Assembly (NCBI RefSeq): GCF_009834535.1
Contig: NC_045696.1
Span: 83,454,001 to 83,518,000, forward strand
DNA from: Camelus ferus
Lineage: Eukaryota
DNA: 64,000 nucleotides
Direction: 5' to 3'
Shown: piece after piece, positions 13,770-26,810 of the stretch
Position numbering within the stretch: position 1 is the stretch's first letter
Layout: every line of letters starts with the position of its first letter
Program-made: the position numbers and the translations under genes
The notes under the pieces: model-generated
What the model was told of the DNA's origin: nothing
Database searches by the model: none
The model's input: only the letters and a program-made list of their open reading frames with translations

Positions 13770-14130
13770 AACCTTACTTACAGTACTTAAAAACTGAAAA
13801 CAACCTAAATATTCAATAAAAGGTGAATAGTTTTCTAAATGTTAATACATTCATATGATGGATGATGTTTATCAGGAGACCTTCATTACCTTGAATAAAT
13901 GTTATATAATATTATTTTTAAAAGATACAATATTATCTAATTAATTAAAAAAATTTTTAAATCCTTAAAAAAAACACATTGTAACATTAACAATAGCTGT
14001 CAGTGAATAGTAAAATAATTGAGTTAAAAAATAATAATTTAAAAAATAAAGCTGGAAAAATATGTAAATAAAGTCACATGGAACAGAAAGTAATAATAAT
14101 TTTCTAAAATACATACATAATTTTATAATT
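13770..14130 (+). mobile_element. L1ME-like 3' fragment
   Basis: aaaactgaaaacaacctaaatattcaataaaaggtgaatag. Confidence 0.5.
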
Positions 14131-17100
14131 GTAAAAGTATTTAAAATACCTGCAAAATACTTTGTATACTATAATATACTACCAAAATATATGCTAGCTA
14201 ATTACTGGAATAAAGATAAAGGTAAATAAGAAAGTCTATTTTCTGCACTTTGTTTCATTTTCAAATATAAGTTCAAATTTCTTAACAATCTAGGATGAAT
14301 CAAAAGTGCTATTATTCTATTGCAATTTATAATATCAAAATATTAATACTTATCAAGCATGAGTCCAGTTCATTTAACTAACTCAGGTGTTGGCATACAA
14401 TTCTGCTGATAAAATAAGAGAGTTCAAAATAAAAGCTACCTAAATATGAATGTGTTTCTATAAGTGTGGTGGTCAAGATTATTTAGTTAGCTTTATTTTC
14501 CTAAAGAAAATATTACACATGCCAAAGAAATCTTCATTAGCTAATAGTTAGTATTAAAATTTTAAAAACAAGACTCAAGCTTACTAAAAAATTTAGTAAG
14601 GAATTGGATTATGTAATTATTTCAAGTAATTTAAAATACTGGGTTAGCAAAATATTATTTCTGTAGAAGATGTATATCAAATATTTTGGTTCAACAGATA
14701 AATAATTTAAAAACTAGTTAAAATTAAGAGAATACTCAAACAATTTATTTGCAATATTTATTCTTACATCTATTACTTGTAATGGGAGTCAGAACAGTCA
14801 AAACTGTGAGATGTAATTTTTGACCTTATTTTTAATATTTGACCATTGAATCCATATAATTAGTATAATTTTTCTAGGATAAATACTTAAAATGTCATAG
14901 CTACATTCTGAAACCATTAATTTATATTCTATTAAGGCACCAAAAGTTATTTGTATGTGTGCATACACATATTTGATTTTTTAAATTGTAAATAAAAGGA
15001 AACATGTTTCAAGTACTCTCTTCCATTAGTCAGGCTAAGATAAGAAAGCAGTTTGAACAACCTTAGGATTTATTTCTTATTCATTTTCACCAGTAAGGAA
15101 TGTGAGCCTTGTCCAAGGTCGTAAAACCAGTAAATGGCAGTCTTTGTGCAGTCGAAACCAACTCATTTTCTACTACATCACACAACTATTGAAATTACTA
15201 CAAGAATATGAAATAATCACCATCACGATATACCCCCAAAAGGAAATTCCCAATGGAGAAATAAAGGAATAAGTTAATAATGGAAAACCACCAATTCTAA
15301 GATAACAGCTTCCTCACATTTCAACATCTTTAAAGTTGGGACACATCTTAAAATTGGTGAAGCATTTATCAATCAAGGGCATCTTATAACATTACTTCTT
15401 AACACATCTGTAGTGAAAGATGAATGTCTGTTTGTTTACCCTCAGTTCTTAATATAGCTCTACCCTGCTCAACATGAGTCCACTAATCATGCACATGAAT
15501 GTTTGAGAAAGGCAAATTGCTATTAACACTTTTAAAGGCTTCTCTCAAATTCTTTTACTGCATGTTGTAATAGTTTGTGAACCATATTTTCTGTGGCACT
15601 ATGTAAGAGTCAACAAAATTTTATAATCACCAAAGTTTATTGTATATAATTTTGAATTCCTTTTAATCAATAGTTTACTACATATAATTCTGAATCACAA
15701 TTAATCAATATATTGTCTTAAATTGGGACAAGTAGTAAAGTTGACTATTTCACTGTCTCTGCCAGAAATAAATAAATGGCTGAGGGCAGGGATCAAGAGG
15801 AAAGAGAAAGAATATTGGATAATACATCAATTTGAAACATGGTTCACGAATAATCAAGAATTAGCTGTGTCTGTCAAGTTAAATATTTCTTGCTTCTGAG
15901 TTCAGCCATTTAGTACCTCCTGCTATTCTGGGTTACTCTGGTCCTTGAGTGATCTTGCCACTGGTGGAACGCTTACTCTTCTGCTGTAAAACTTAGTGTC
16001 TGAAAAATGATTTGGTCACTCATTAAAAGTAAACTGTAACGGATATTTACTTCCTAACGGTACAGCTGAATAACTTATGCCATGAAAAACAAAATATGAT
16101 CTATCTCACTCTGCTAAACAACCTCATAAAAAATAAAAGATCCTGCAAATAAGAAGTAAAATATGATAAATCAGTCAGGAAATGTATTCAGGAAATGAGG
16201 GGGTAAATGGATGAGTGCCATAAACATAGGTAAAACCCAAGCTTGTCATCAATTATAAGATCATTCAGCTTAAATTATTATTCCTCTACTATGCATTTTT
16301 ACTACAAATTCTTACAAATATTGTGCTTTTAAAATTCCTTTGAATGTGGAGGCTCTCAACAAACATACTGCACAGATTCTCTCTATTGAAATGATTCAGG
16401 GTTTAAAAACTGATGTAAAAGGAGATTTAATTGCTTTCTCAAAGGAGCAGTCTTGCTCACTGCTGCATCCCCCAGGTACTAGATGCTCAACCCCTATTTG
16501 TTGACTTCCGAATGAATGACAAAGAGAGGCTTCTTTAAGTAAGGGAAAGAGCGCACCATATGCCGATGGCTCTGTCTCTATACAAGTGTGGCTTGCGCCA
16601 ATCACAGGGAAGGAAAATAATTCACCCTTGCCAATCCAGGTGGGCTCAACAGGAAACAGCAAACGAAAATCCAATCCTGGCAACCTGGTCAAAACAAAGG
16701 TGGGTTTCCCCATTACATGTCTCTCATCACATCAGGCATCGAGGCTGAATAATACATTCTTCTACCCGTTAGAAAGACATAACATTGATTGGCTTGACTG
16801 GCTAGTGGAAATCCCAGCTATATCCACAACATAGTATAACTCACAGCTAGGAATGTGCTCTGGAGGCTCATTATTTAATTAAGAGTTGGAATTACAAGAG
16901 CACTAAATGCAATGAAGCAGCACAATTTGCAAGGGCTCTGAATTTATGGTTTTCATTAATTAACATAAAGTAGCGTAGGCAAGCGAAATCAAGTGATCTG
17001 CTCAGCTATTAGAATTTTGAGAGTTAATTAATATAACAGCACAGATCATTGAGCTTAGAAATTATGAGTAACATATAGAATTTTAAAGAGTATCATGATG

Positions 17101-17946
17101 TTTTATAATTACCAGATGCTCCTCTGCTCCTTCAAATTATATTCTTTCAAACTCTGGTCCCTTAACTCAATTCAAGATTAGATATGGCTAAAACTATATG
17201 AAGGGAAAACAATTAGAAAACTTGTGGATTCCATGCTGCAAAATTCTTCTCATAAATGATTTATTTACATAATCAGCTGTGATGATTACAGACCACTAGT
17301 GGCCATTAATAAGTAAAATTATTTGCATTTCACTAATGTATTTGAATTTCAGACTTCTTAAATTTCTCACTAGGGAACAGAACAAAAACAACTGTTCCCT
17401 TGACCTCAGCTTAAAATGCAGTGGAACAAATCCTCATTTCTCCTCTGGAGTGGAGGTAAACATGAGGGAAGTTGGAGGCTGTGCAATTTGCCACCACTGT
17501 CATTCTGTACATTCCACGCACCCCGAGCTCCTCAGTGGGCTCCTTAATTGAAGAGCTCTTAGCGTTGGGAGCTATTGTTCCTCTTCAGCTGAGTGAAGAG
17601 CTGTGTAAATAAAAGTTGAGTCTTGCCACTGCCATTGAATTCAACATGTTAAAAATAGACATGCATTGTAACCTGAATAGCATTTTCTATGATGTCTTCA
17701 TAGATTCCTATTACATCTTAGAATGTTTTAAATTACAGGGAAAAAATCTGGCACTTAGGACATCAAATGGTCTAAAAAACATTTTCTCCAGACAAGCACA
17801 GATTTGTATATTTATTTCACAATGACAATAATCATCATCTACTGAGGACCTATAATGTGCCAGATGCTTTTCTATTGCTTTATATAGATTATCTTATCAC
17901 TGCTAAAAAGAATCTTGAAAAGTAGGTCATTTTATAAAAATGAAAC

Positions 17947-18338
17947 TCTCGTGGGCTGAATTATGTCCCTTCCAAAATTCATATGTTGAAATCCTAATCC
18001 CCTGTACTTTAGTTTGACTGTATTTGAAGATAGGACGTTTAAAAGGGTAATTAGGGTAAAATGAGGCTATATGGTGGGCCCAAATCCAGTATGACCAGTG
18101 TCCTTACAAGAAGAGGAAATTAAGGCACAGACAATATGTGAACCATGGGGTAACCGTATGAGGACACAGTGAAAGGACAAGTCATCTGCAAGCCAAAGAG
18201 AGAAACCTCACAAGAAACTGAATCTACTGACTCCTGATCTTGGACTTCTAACCTCCAAACTGCGAGACAATAATTTTCTGATGTTTAAGCCACCCGATCT
18301 GTGGTGTGTTCTCTTGGCAGCCCTAGTCAACTGGTACC
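17947..18338 (+). mobile_element. MaLR solo LTR, MLT1B-like
   Basis: gggctgaattatgtccc...aaattcatatgttgaaatcctaatccc...gtttaagccacc...gcagccctag; 5-bp flanks gaaac/gaaat. Confidence 0.85.
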
Positions 18339-20214
18339 GAAATGGTGCTGATGCAGTAGCTCTCAATTCTAATAGTTGAATATGTCACTTAACCTGGCTT
18401 CCGAACAGTACTAATGTGTAAATGGAAATGCGTAGGAAAGATGGAATTTCGCTCTTCTCTCTCAAAGAACAAGTTCTTTCCACCACTCTGGTGATTTGTG
18501 CACCAGGAAACTTGCATAAAAGCAGGATATTAAAACAGACCAAAATAATTCTATTTTGAATGAAGCACAGGTGAAGGTCAGGAACTCATCACCCCACTGG
18601 CTGGGCCATTCCCTTGACATTCCTCACACTGAACCTCTCTCCTTGGTGGCAGTGAAAGAGGGATGTACTCGGGCAGTCACTGCCAGGGTATCGTGCTGCA
18701 ATTTTAAGAAGGCTTATTCTCAGATTTGGGCTTTCAGATACTAAAGACCTTCTGTAACAATCTGTATTTTCCTCCCAGTCAATAACAATATAAGTAGAAA
18801 CTTATCAATATACCCAATAAATATCTATAAGCAAGAACAGTCCAAAGCTGCTATATATTCCTGTTAAGGAGTGAGTTCCCTGTTCAGACATAGCTGGGAT
18901 GACAGAGCACCTGGCAGATGGCTGGTGAGGGCATTAAGGTCTCATCTATGCTGGGGATTAAAAACTGAATTTGGAGACTTTTTTTGGTATTACAGAGTCA
19001 CTTCCAAAGATGAAAAAGGATTCACCAGAGTATGGCTGCTTGGTACTAAGCAACACTGATTATGCATCTTTATTCATTTTACTCAAAGCTAAAATTAACT
19101 GTTTGGGAAGATACTCCCTAAGAGCTGGCAGAGGCAGCAGAAAGCCCTCATACTTAGCATTTTTAACAGTGTTACTAATGTATAATTGATATGCAATAAA
19201 CTTCAATAAAGTATGCAATTTGATAAGTTTTGACACATGTATATGCTCCTGAAACCACCACTAAAATCAGCATAATGAACACATTGATTACCCCCAAAAG
19301 TTTCCTAGTGCTTCTTTGTAATTTCTCCCTCCAGTCCCGCTCCTTTACCCCGTTAGCCCCACCAAGCTAAAAATGATCTACTTTCTGGGACCAAATATCA
19401 GTTTGCAATGTATATAATGAAATCATGTGGTGTGTTCTCTTTTTTGTCTGGTTTCCTCCACTCGGTATGATTATTTTGCAATTCATCCATGGGATATATA
19501 GCAGTAGTTCATTTCTTCGTACTGCTGAGTTGTGTTGCACTGTATGAGTATACTGCAGTTTGTTTATCCACTCATCTGTTGATAAACTTTAGGGGCTTTT
19601 CCAGTTATGCCTAATATAAATAAAGCTGCTATGAACATTAATGTACAAATCTTTTCATGGACATATGCTTCTATTTCTCTTGTAAATGTCCAGGAGAATG
19701 GCTGGGTGACATGATAGGCATATGCTTAAATTTTTAAGAAACTGCCAAATTCTTTGCAAAATGGCTGTACGATTTTACATTTCCATCAACAGCATATGAA
19801 AGTTCCAGTTCCTCCACATTCTTGCCAACACTATGTCTTGTTAATTGTAGACATTCTAGTAGGTGTGTGGTGATACTTCCTTACGGTTTTAATTTGAATT
19901 TCTTGAATGACTTAAAATGTTGAACATCTTTTCATGTGCTTATCTGCCATCTGTATGTCTTCTTTCATGATGTGTCTATTTAAATCTTTTGCCAGTTTTT
20001 AAAATTAGCTTTTTTTGTTGTTGTTGATGTTTGAGAGTCCTTTATGTATTCAAGATACATACCCTTTATTAGATGTATGCTTCATAAAAATATTCTTCCC
20101 TTTTGTTACTTATCTTTTCATTCTCTTAACAGTGTCTTTCCAGCAACCAAAGGTTTTAATTTTGATGAAGTCTGATTTTTCAGTTTTTTGGTTTTTGTTG
20201 AGAATTGTGCTTTT

Positions 20215-20304
20215 GCGAATATATGTATGTATATGCATGACTGGGACATTGTGCTGTACACCAGAAATTGACACATTGTAACTGACTGTCCTTAAATTTT
20301 AAAA
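20215..20304 (+). mobile_element. Young camelid-type L1 3' terminus, about 90 bp, nested in the older L1
   Basis: gaatatatgtatg...tgtgctgtacaccagaaattgacacattgtaactgact; perfect TSD aattgtgctttt at 20203-20214 and 20305-20316. Confidence 0.85.
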
Positions 20305-22019
20305 AATTGTGCTTTTAGGTGTCATATCTAAGAATCTCTGCCTAATGAAAGATCACAAAGATTTTTCCTGTGCTTCCTGTAAGAAATGTTATAATTTTTG
20401 TTTTACATATAGGTCTATAGCCCATTTTGAATTAATTATTTTTCTTCTCTGTTATTTTTTGGTTGCTTATGAATATCCAATAGTTCCAGCACCATTTGTT
20501 GTTCAGGAAACAAACAAATAACTATCCCTTGTCCACTGAATTGGTTTTCCAGCTTTTTAGAAAATCAGTTGTCTGATCATGTATAGCTCTATATCTGATC
20601 ATTCTCTTATGTTCCATTGATACATTAGGCTATTTTTGTGCCAACACCATGCTGTCTCGATTATTACAGATTTATAATAAGTCTTGATATCAGGTACTTT
20701 AGTCCTTCGATCCATCTTCCATCACAAACCTACTTGAGCTATTTGACATCCTTTATATTTCCATATGATTTCAGAATAGGTTAGTCAATTTCAACCCCCT
20801 GCGCCCCCCCCTCCAAAAAGTCCTGCTGGGATTTTGATTGCGATTTCATTGAATCTACAGATCAGGCTGGGGAGAACTGACTTCATTACAGTATTGTATC
20901 TTCCGACCCATGGACATGACATATCACCCCCATTTGTTTAGGTCTTCTTTAATTTCTGTCAGCAGAACAGTGTTTGGCAATATTCAGTGTACAGTACGTT
21001 CACATCTTTTGTTGTATTTATCCCAAAGTATATCATATTTTTCAGTCTATTATAAATGATTTTGCTCGGTTAGTTTGAATATCATATAGTTTGCTGCTAA
21101 CACAAAAATATATTTAATTATTGAATTTCTTATATCCTACAAACTTGCTAATCCTACTTTTTAGTGCTAGAATTGTTTTCACTGATTTTATCAAATTTTC
21201 TACATAGACAATAAGGCCATCTGCATGTAAAGACAGCTTTACTTCTTTTCCAATCAAGACACCTTTTATTTATTTATTTTTTTGCCTGATTTTACTGGCT
21301 AGAACATCTATATAATGTTGTGGTGAGAGTGAACATTCTTCTCTTGTTCCTCATCTTTCCAGGAAAACATTCAGTTTTCCAGTTGTTTTACCATTAATTA
21401 TAACATTAGCTACAGGAGGATTTTTGTAGATACCATTTATCAAGCTAAAGCATTTTTCTTCTATTCCTACTTTGCTCAGACTTTCACTGAAAGGAATACT
21501 GGATTTGTTAAATGCTTTGTAAGTATCTGTTGAAAGGATAATTATTTTTTTACTTTGTCAATATGGTGAGCTATATTACATTACAATCTCCTTTGGCATT
21601 TTGGATTATCTTTTAAATTTACTGTTGGGTTAGATTTTCTAAAATTTTATTTAGAATTTTTGTATCAATGGTCATGAAGAATACTACTCGTTCATGTTTC
21701 TTTGTTTTTTCTTGGCATATCTTTGTCTGGTTTTGGTATCAGGACAATGCTGGTCACAAAGACTGGGCTGAGAAGTATTCTTTCAAATTTTAGAAAAGAG
21801 TCTGTGCAGAATTGGCATCATTTCCTCCTTAAATGTCTGGCAGAATTTACCAGTGACAATTTATGGGCCTAAAGATTTCCTTGTTGGAGGGTTATGAACT
21901 AAAATGTAATTTCTTTATATATAAAGAGCTCTTTGGGTATTGATTTCTTCTTGAGTGAACTTTGGTTTTTCAGTGAATATGACCATTATATATATGCTGT
22001 TGAATATACTGCCATAAAG

Positions 22020-22220
22020 TTATTCATAATATTCCTTTACTGTCCTTTTAATATGTGTAGCATCTGCAGTGATGTGACCGCTCTCATTTCTGATATTGGT
22101 AGTTGCATCTTCACTCTTTTTCCTTATCAGCCTGGCTAGGAGTTTATCAATTTTATTAATTTTCTCAAAGAATTCATTTTTGGTTTCATTGATTTTCTCT
22201 GCTGTTTTTCTGTTTTCCAT
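22020..22220 (-). pseudogene. L1 ORF2 remnant (linker region after the endonuclease domain)
   Basis: [28 protein letters not shown]...IRNESGHIT...KEYYE matches the L1 ORF2 motif [24 protein letters not shown]. Confidence 0.9.
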
Positions 22221-24219
22221 TTCACTGATTTCTTCTCTGATCTTTAGTATTTCCTTTTTCCTGCTTACATGGGGCTTAATTTGTACTTTTTTTCTAGTTT
22301 CTTAAGTTGGAAGCTACACTTGTTGATTGGAGCCTTTTTTCATTTCCAATACAGGCATGAGTACTAAAACTTCCCCCCCAAGTATTGCTTTAACAGCATC
22401 CCCCAAATTCTGATTCTGTCATGTACTCATTTGTATTCACATCAAACTACATTTTATTTCCCCTTTTGACTTCTCCTTTGACCTCTGGATTGTTTAGAAG
22501 TGTGTTATAATTGCTTTTCAAATGTTTTGGGGGATTTCTCAAATATCTTTCTGCTCCTGATTTTACATTAAATTTCACTGTGGTCAGAGAAACTTATTTG
22601 TAAGATTTGTTTCTGCTACTCTATTCTAACCAGAAGTAGAAGTCTCCCCCATTAACATTTTAAGTTTAAAATTCATTTACCCATTAGGAGAGTTATTTAT
22701 AATATAGTGTTACTTATGGTATGAACAGCAATGATGAGTTTTTAATTTTGAATAAAGAAAATCAAGTAAAGTGTTACTTTGAGCTTGAAGCATTACAGTA
22801 CTAGAGAAAAGTCTAAACTGAGATAGAATCAATACTAGGTTTTACTACCAAGAGGTAATACCTTAAGCAATTAACAACTTAAAGTAAGTCCTGTCAACTG
22901 AAAAAATATAAGTAGGTTAGAGAGAATCTTTAATCTGTCTCCTATTAAATTCAATAATTTAATACTTCTGCGAAGGTCAGGAATAGGAGAAAGGGGTAGA
23001 AAACATTGGACTTGTGACAAAATAAGAGAAATGGGTAAGTGGAAGAAGGAAAGAAGAGGTGGGAAGTGGGAAGGGTGCCCAGAGAAGAAAGCAGAAGGTC
23101 ACTCAGGATACACAATTACATCTACTGCCTCTGTGCATTATGAAAATCATCTCCCTGTCACTTCTGCCATTGTCACAGGTTGTCAAAACCAATGTTAGGG
23201 CATTGGTTATAGTCAGAAGTTTGCAACAGGGGTGTCTAATCTCCCTGACACGTCCAATCTGTTCCTCATTACTGAACCCCTTCCTCTTCAATACAATGTC
23301 GTGTCATTAGTTTTGCCATAGAGGAAAAGTAAAAAGATTTTCTAATAAGATATAAACCTGTAACTTTATACAGAGAGAAGGGACGGTCCAACAGATCGAT
23401 TATTTAACCTTCCTATGCTTATTCTAGCTTTCTTTGTTACTTTTTATAAGTACAGTGTAGTATTTGTGGAAATTCTCACAAAAATTGTCCTGCTTCTTTT
23501 TTCTGATAGTCTCTTGGATAATCAAGAGTTGATATATTTTAAAAGGCATATAACTGGACGTCTACTGAAAAATCATTCTTTAGGATACCACTCATTGTAT
23601 TTTTCAATATCCTTTCCATCTAGAAAGACAAAATCAGTTTAGAATATAGAACAAAGAAAACGTCCATCTTTCTTACAAATGCAACCATCTCTTCGAGTAC
23701 AATCCACTCTGTAGAATGCTCTCCCTTTGCTGCTTTGCTGGACACTCAGACCCAGCACAATAATTAATGGAGGAAAACCCAGGGCACGCCTGCCACCCCA
23801 CCTGCTCCTCTTCCAGACATCATTAATCAGGCATGACAGGCTTTCCCAGCTGAACCCACTTGGCCTCTACATCTTTCTTAATATTATATTATAGGGATCC
23901 TCGACCAATAGAGCAGAATTTATACATGATGTGAAATAGCTTTAACCAGCCTAGACGATAACCATAATTGCTAACCCTCCTGCATATGACTTCTTAAAAT
24001 TTTCTTGTGTTTATTTCATAGCTTTATTGACTTAAGTCTTTTATCATAAGTATAATCAAATTCTTTTTGGAAATTAAGGGCTCCCTTAACTCTCATGACT
24101 GACAAAGTCTCTGAGACCATTTGTGAATGTACGTGAAGAGGTCCCTGAGGATAATTACAAATAAAATGAGGTTCTAAAACTTTACACGTCTTTACACTAA
24201 AAACTATAAAAATTAAAGT

Positions 24220-24268
24220 TTATATATATATACATATATGTGTGTGTGTATATGTGTGTGTGTGTGTA
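24220..24268. repeat. Compound (TA)n/(TG)n microsatellite
   Basis: Direct observation. Confidence 0.85.
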
Positions 24269-24520
24269 ATTACAACTGTGCACTAGTTTTTAAAGCAAAC
24301 AATGATTGGATCAAACATGTCAGGGGTGAGAGAGTAGTGTTATTTTTTTCCAATAAAATTGATTGTTAAAACAACACAGCCTAATTCAGGGCTACACAAA
24401 TTGAGGACTGATGTCAGTTCACAGACTACTCTTTCTGGTCTACAGCAGGATATGTATAGAATTGAGAATAGGTTTGAGAAACTTTTACAGCAATTGCATG
24501 ATATTTTTATTGCATCTTAC

Positions 24521-24541
24521 AAAAGTATCAGTCTACATTAT
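24521..24541 (-). other. Candidate 21-nt poison microexon or start of a terminal exon
   Basis: Strong acceptor CTCAAC...CTTTTTTTGTTCTTTTTTCTCAG; TTT|GTAAGA donor; AATAAA at 24506-24511. Confidence 0.25.
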
Positions 24542-24649
24542 CTGAGAAAAAAGAACAAAAAAAGTGGTCTGTTGAGAAACCCTGACATTCCTTTTGATGT
24601 TCAAAGCAAGGTCATAACAAAAGACATATTTTCAAAAACATATAAGGAC

Positions 24650-24815
24650 TTCCCTGACTTTGGGAAACTGTCAAGCCTCTCCATGCCTAAGATAGCTCAT
24701 GTATAATACAGGGATCATAATTGCACCTGACTCATAGGATTATTATGAAGATGAAATAAAATAACTTCCAAGGGGCAGAGCCTTACACTGGTCACCTGAG
24801 CACTTGGCCAGCAAA
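24650..24815 (+). mobile_element. MIR fragment
   Basis: gactttgggaaact...ctctccatgcct...cataggattattatgaagatgaaataa. Confidence 0.6.
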
Positions 24816-26224
24816 AATAAATACTACATTTTGCCTCCATCTTTGCAGCTAGATCTGGCCAAGGGACTAAGTACTCAACAATGTAGAAAAGCAAAGGTGA
24901 TACATGAACTTCCAGTGTGAACCCTGAAAGGAAAGAAGCCTGTGACCAGGAGAAACGCACAAAGAGAGTGAGATTTCTTGGATTCGGTCCACGAGGCAAA
25001 CACTCCAGGGAAACAGAGCAACAGCATGGAAGGAACCAGACTTCAAGAATCTTGCTGAACAGAGCCACTCTACCAGTTCAGGCTAAAAATAATAAATGTC
25101 TAGCTTATCTACAAAAGGGTTATTGTGACCCTTTGCCACACGTAGCCAAACCAACAGCCCAACTCAGACTATATGTAAAGAACTTGGAATAACATGTGGT
25201 GCGTGGTATACGTTAATAATTGATAACCATTATTACTATTATTAATCTTTGACATTTCAAAATTTTCACTTTAAGAGCACTAGCTATGATCCTCCATGGT
25301 GATTTTTTTTTCTCCTTCAAATGATAACGAGTATAACTCTGCCAGACCCTTACTGACGAATAATGTTGAGGGTAGCTGAAGGAGTTCTCCAGCACTGCTT
25401 TTGTGGACTTCATGAAATCCCATGTCTTTGTGAACGATTACTATTTTCATTTAGAAGTGATCCACATCTCACTGCTCAATATAGCCACATCTAACAATAT
25501 GAGACATACTGACCAGAAAAGATGGTGACAGGATGGGATGGAATAAGAACAGATATCTGCAGGAAGGGATGATGATGGGGGTAAGCTTTACAAGTGGTTG
25601 GTTCATCTACGGATGGTTCTTCTTTATTAACTGATGTAATTCTATAACAAGAACATTCTTCTCATCAACCATTTGGTTACCCTGAGGTATCATTTGTTTA
25701 AGAAAAGCAGGACAGACTCCTGATTCCATTCCTTTACTCACCAGTTTTCAAAATTCTATTCAACAATGGCATATTCAGACACACTGACGGTAGAGAAGCT
25801 TATATCTTGGGCTTCTAACTTCACCCAGAATCTCCATAATATAAAACTTGTTGTGACCAGAATTTTTTATTCTGGTGGCAATTAAATGCCAGAGAACAAA
25901 TGATGAATTCAGAACCGGTAATGACATACATCAGCCTGAGCAGTCTTTCCTGCCAGAGAGCTAAAGGAAAGAATACAAACTTTCAGCTCAGATTGTCTAA
26001 AAACGTTTTCCCGTTACCATGACTCCTTTGTTATCCCTAGGTCATTTTTCTCTAAAAAGAAAATGAAAAAGTGCAATTTATTCCTATAGTTCCTATGACA
26101 TCTGCCTTCATAGCATGAGTTCCCCTCCATGGGAAACATCAGTCTATTTCAAAATGCCTTTATAAGAGCCGGTATATGAGCCTGGGCACCAACAACCCAA
26201 CAGTCACCAGGCTCCTAATAGCAT

Positions 26225-26810
26225 GATGTAAAATGTAAAATGTCAGCTAGATCATGTCTTTCCCCTGCTCCACACTCTCCGATGACTTCCCATCACACTC
26301 GGAGTAGAAGCTAAAATTTTTCTAACGACCTAAAAGACCTCCAGGCCATGCCCACCACCATCTCTCCGGTCTTATGCCCTTTTCTGCATGTCCTGTCCCC
26401 TCTGCTCTGTACCTACCAGCCTGTGCTATTGCTGACATCAGACACCCTCCATCTCTGGGCTTGCTTTGTTCCTTTTTCCTACACTTTCCCACTGCAGAAC
26501 TACATGGCTTGTTTCCTTACCTTCCTAACATGTTTTTTTTTTTTAATCAAATTCCACCTTCTCCATGATACCTTTTCTCACCATCATCATCCAAATTGCA
26601 AACTTCCACCTATCCTCACCGATATTCTTACCCCCAGCCTATTTAATTTTTCTCCATCACACTTATTCCCAACTAACATACTAGAAATATTATCAACTCA
26701 TTGTTTATTGTCGGTCTCTCCACACTAGGGTGTGTGTTCCCTTAGGGTCCTGTATCACTAGCCCCTGATACATCGAAGATACTCCATCAGACCGACTGAC
26801 TGATGCATAA
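26225..26810 (+). mobile_element. L2 LINE 3' region
   Basis: agatcatgtctttcccctgctc...cttcccatcacactcggagtagaag; tgtttattgtcggtctctcccacactag; degenerate gactgactgatg tail. Confidence 0.75.

Larger units (their letters stand above)
19164..22650 (-). mobile_element. L1MC/MD-like LINE, about 3.5 kb, internally deleted
   Basis: Continuous antisense L1 3'UTR and ORF2; TSD-like ttagcatttt (19154-19163) / ttaacatttt (22652-22661). Confidence 0.9.

Noticed and set aside
15975..16010. Minus-strand 23-nt exon-like unit (TTTTTCAG...AGA|GTAAGC)
   Set aside because: Short pyrimidine tract and no extra support; such matches arise by chance
24359..24706. 115-aa ORF that looks protein-like
   Set aside because: TTG start, runs into a MIR, no recognisable domain or plus-strand splice context
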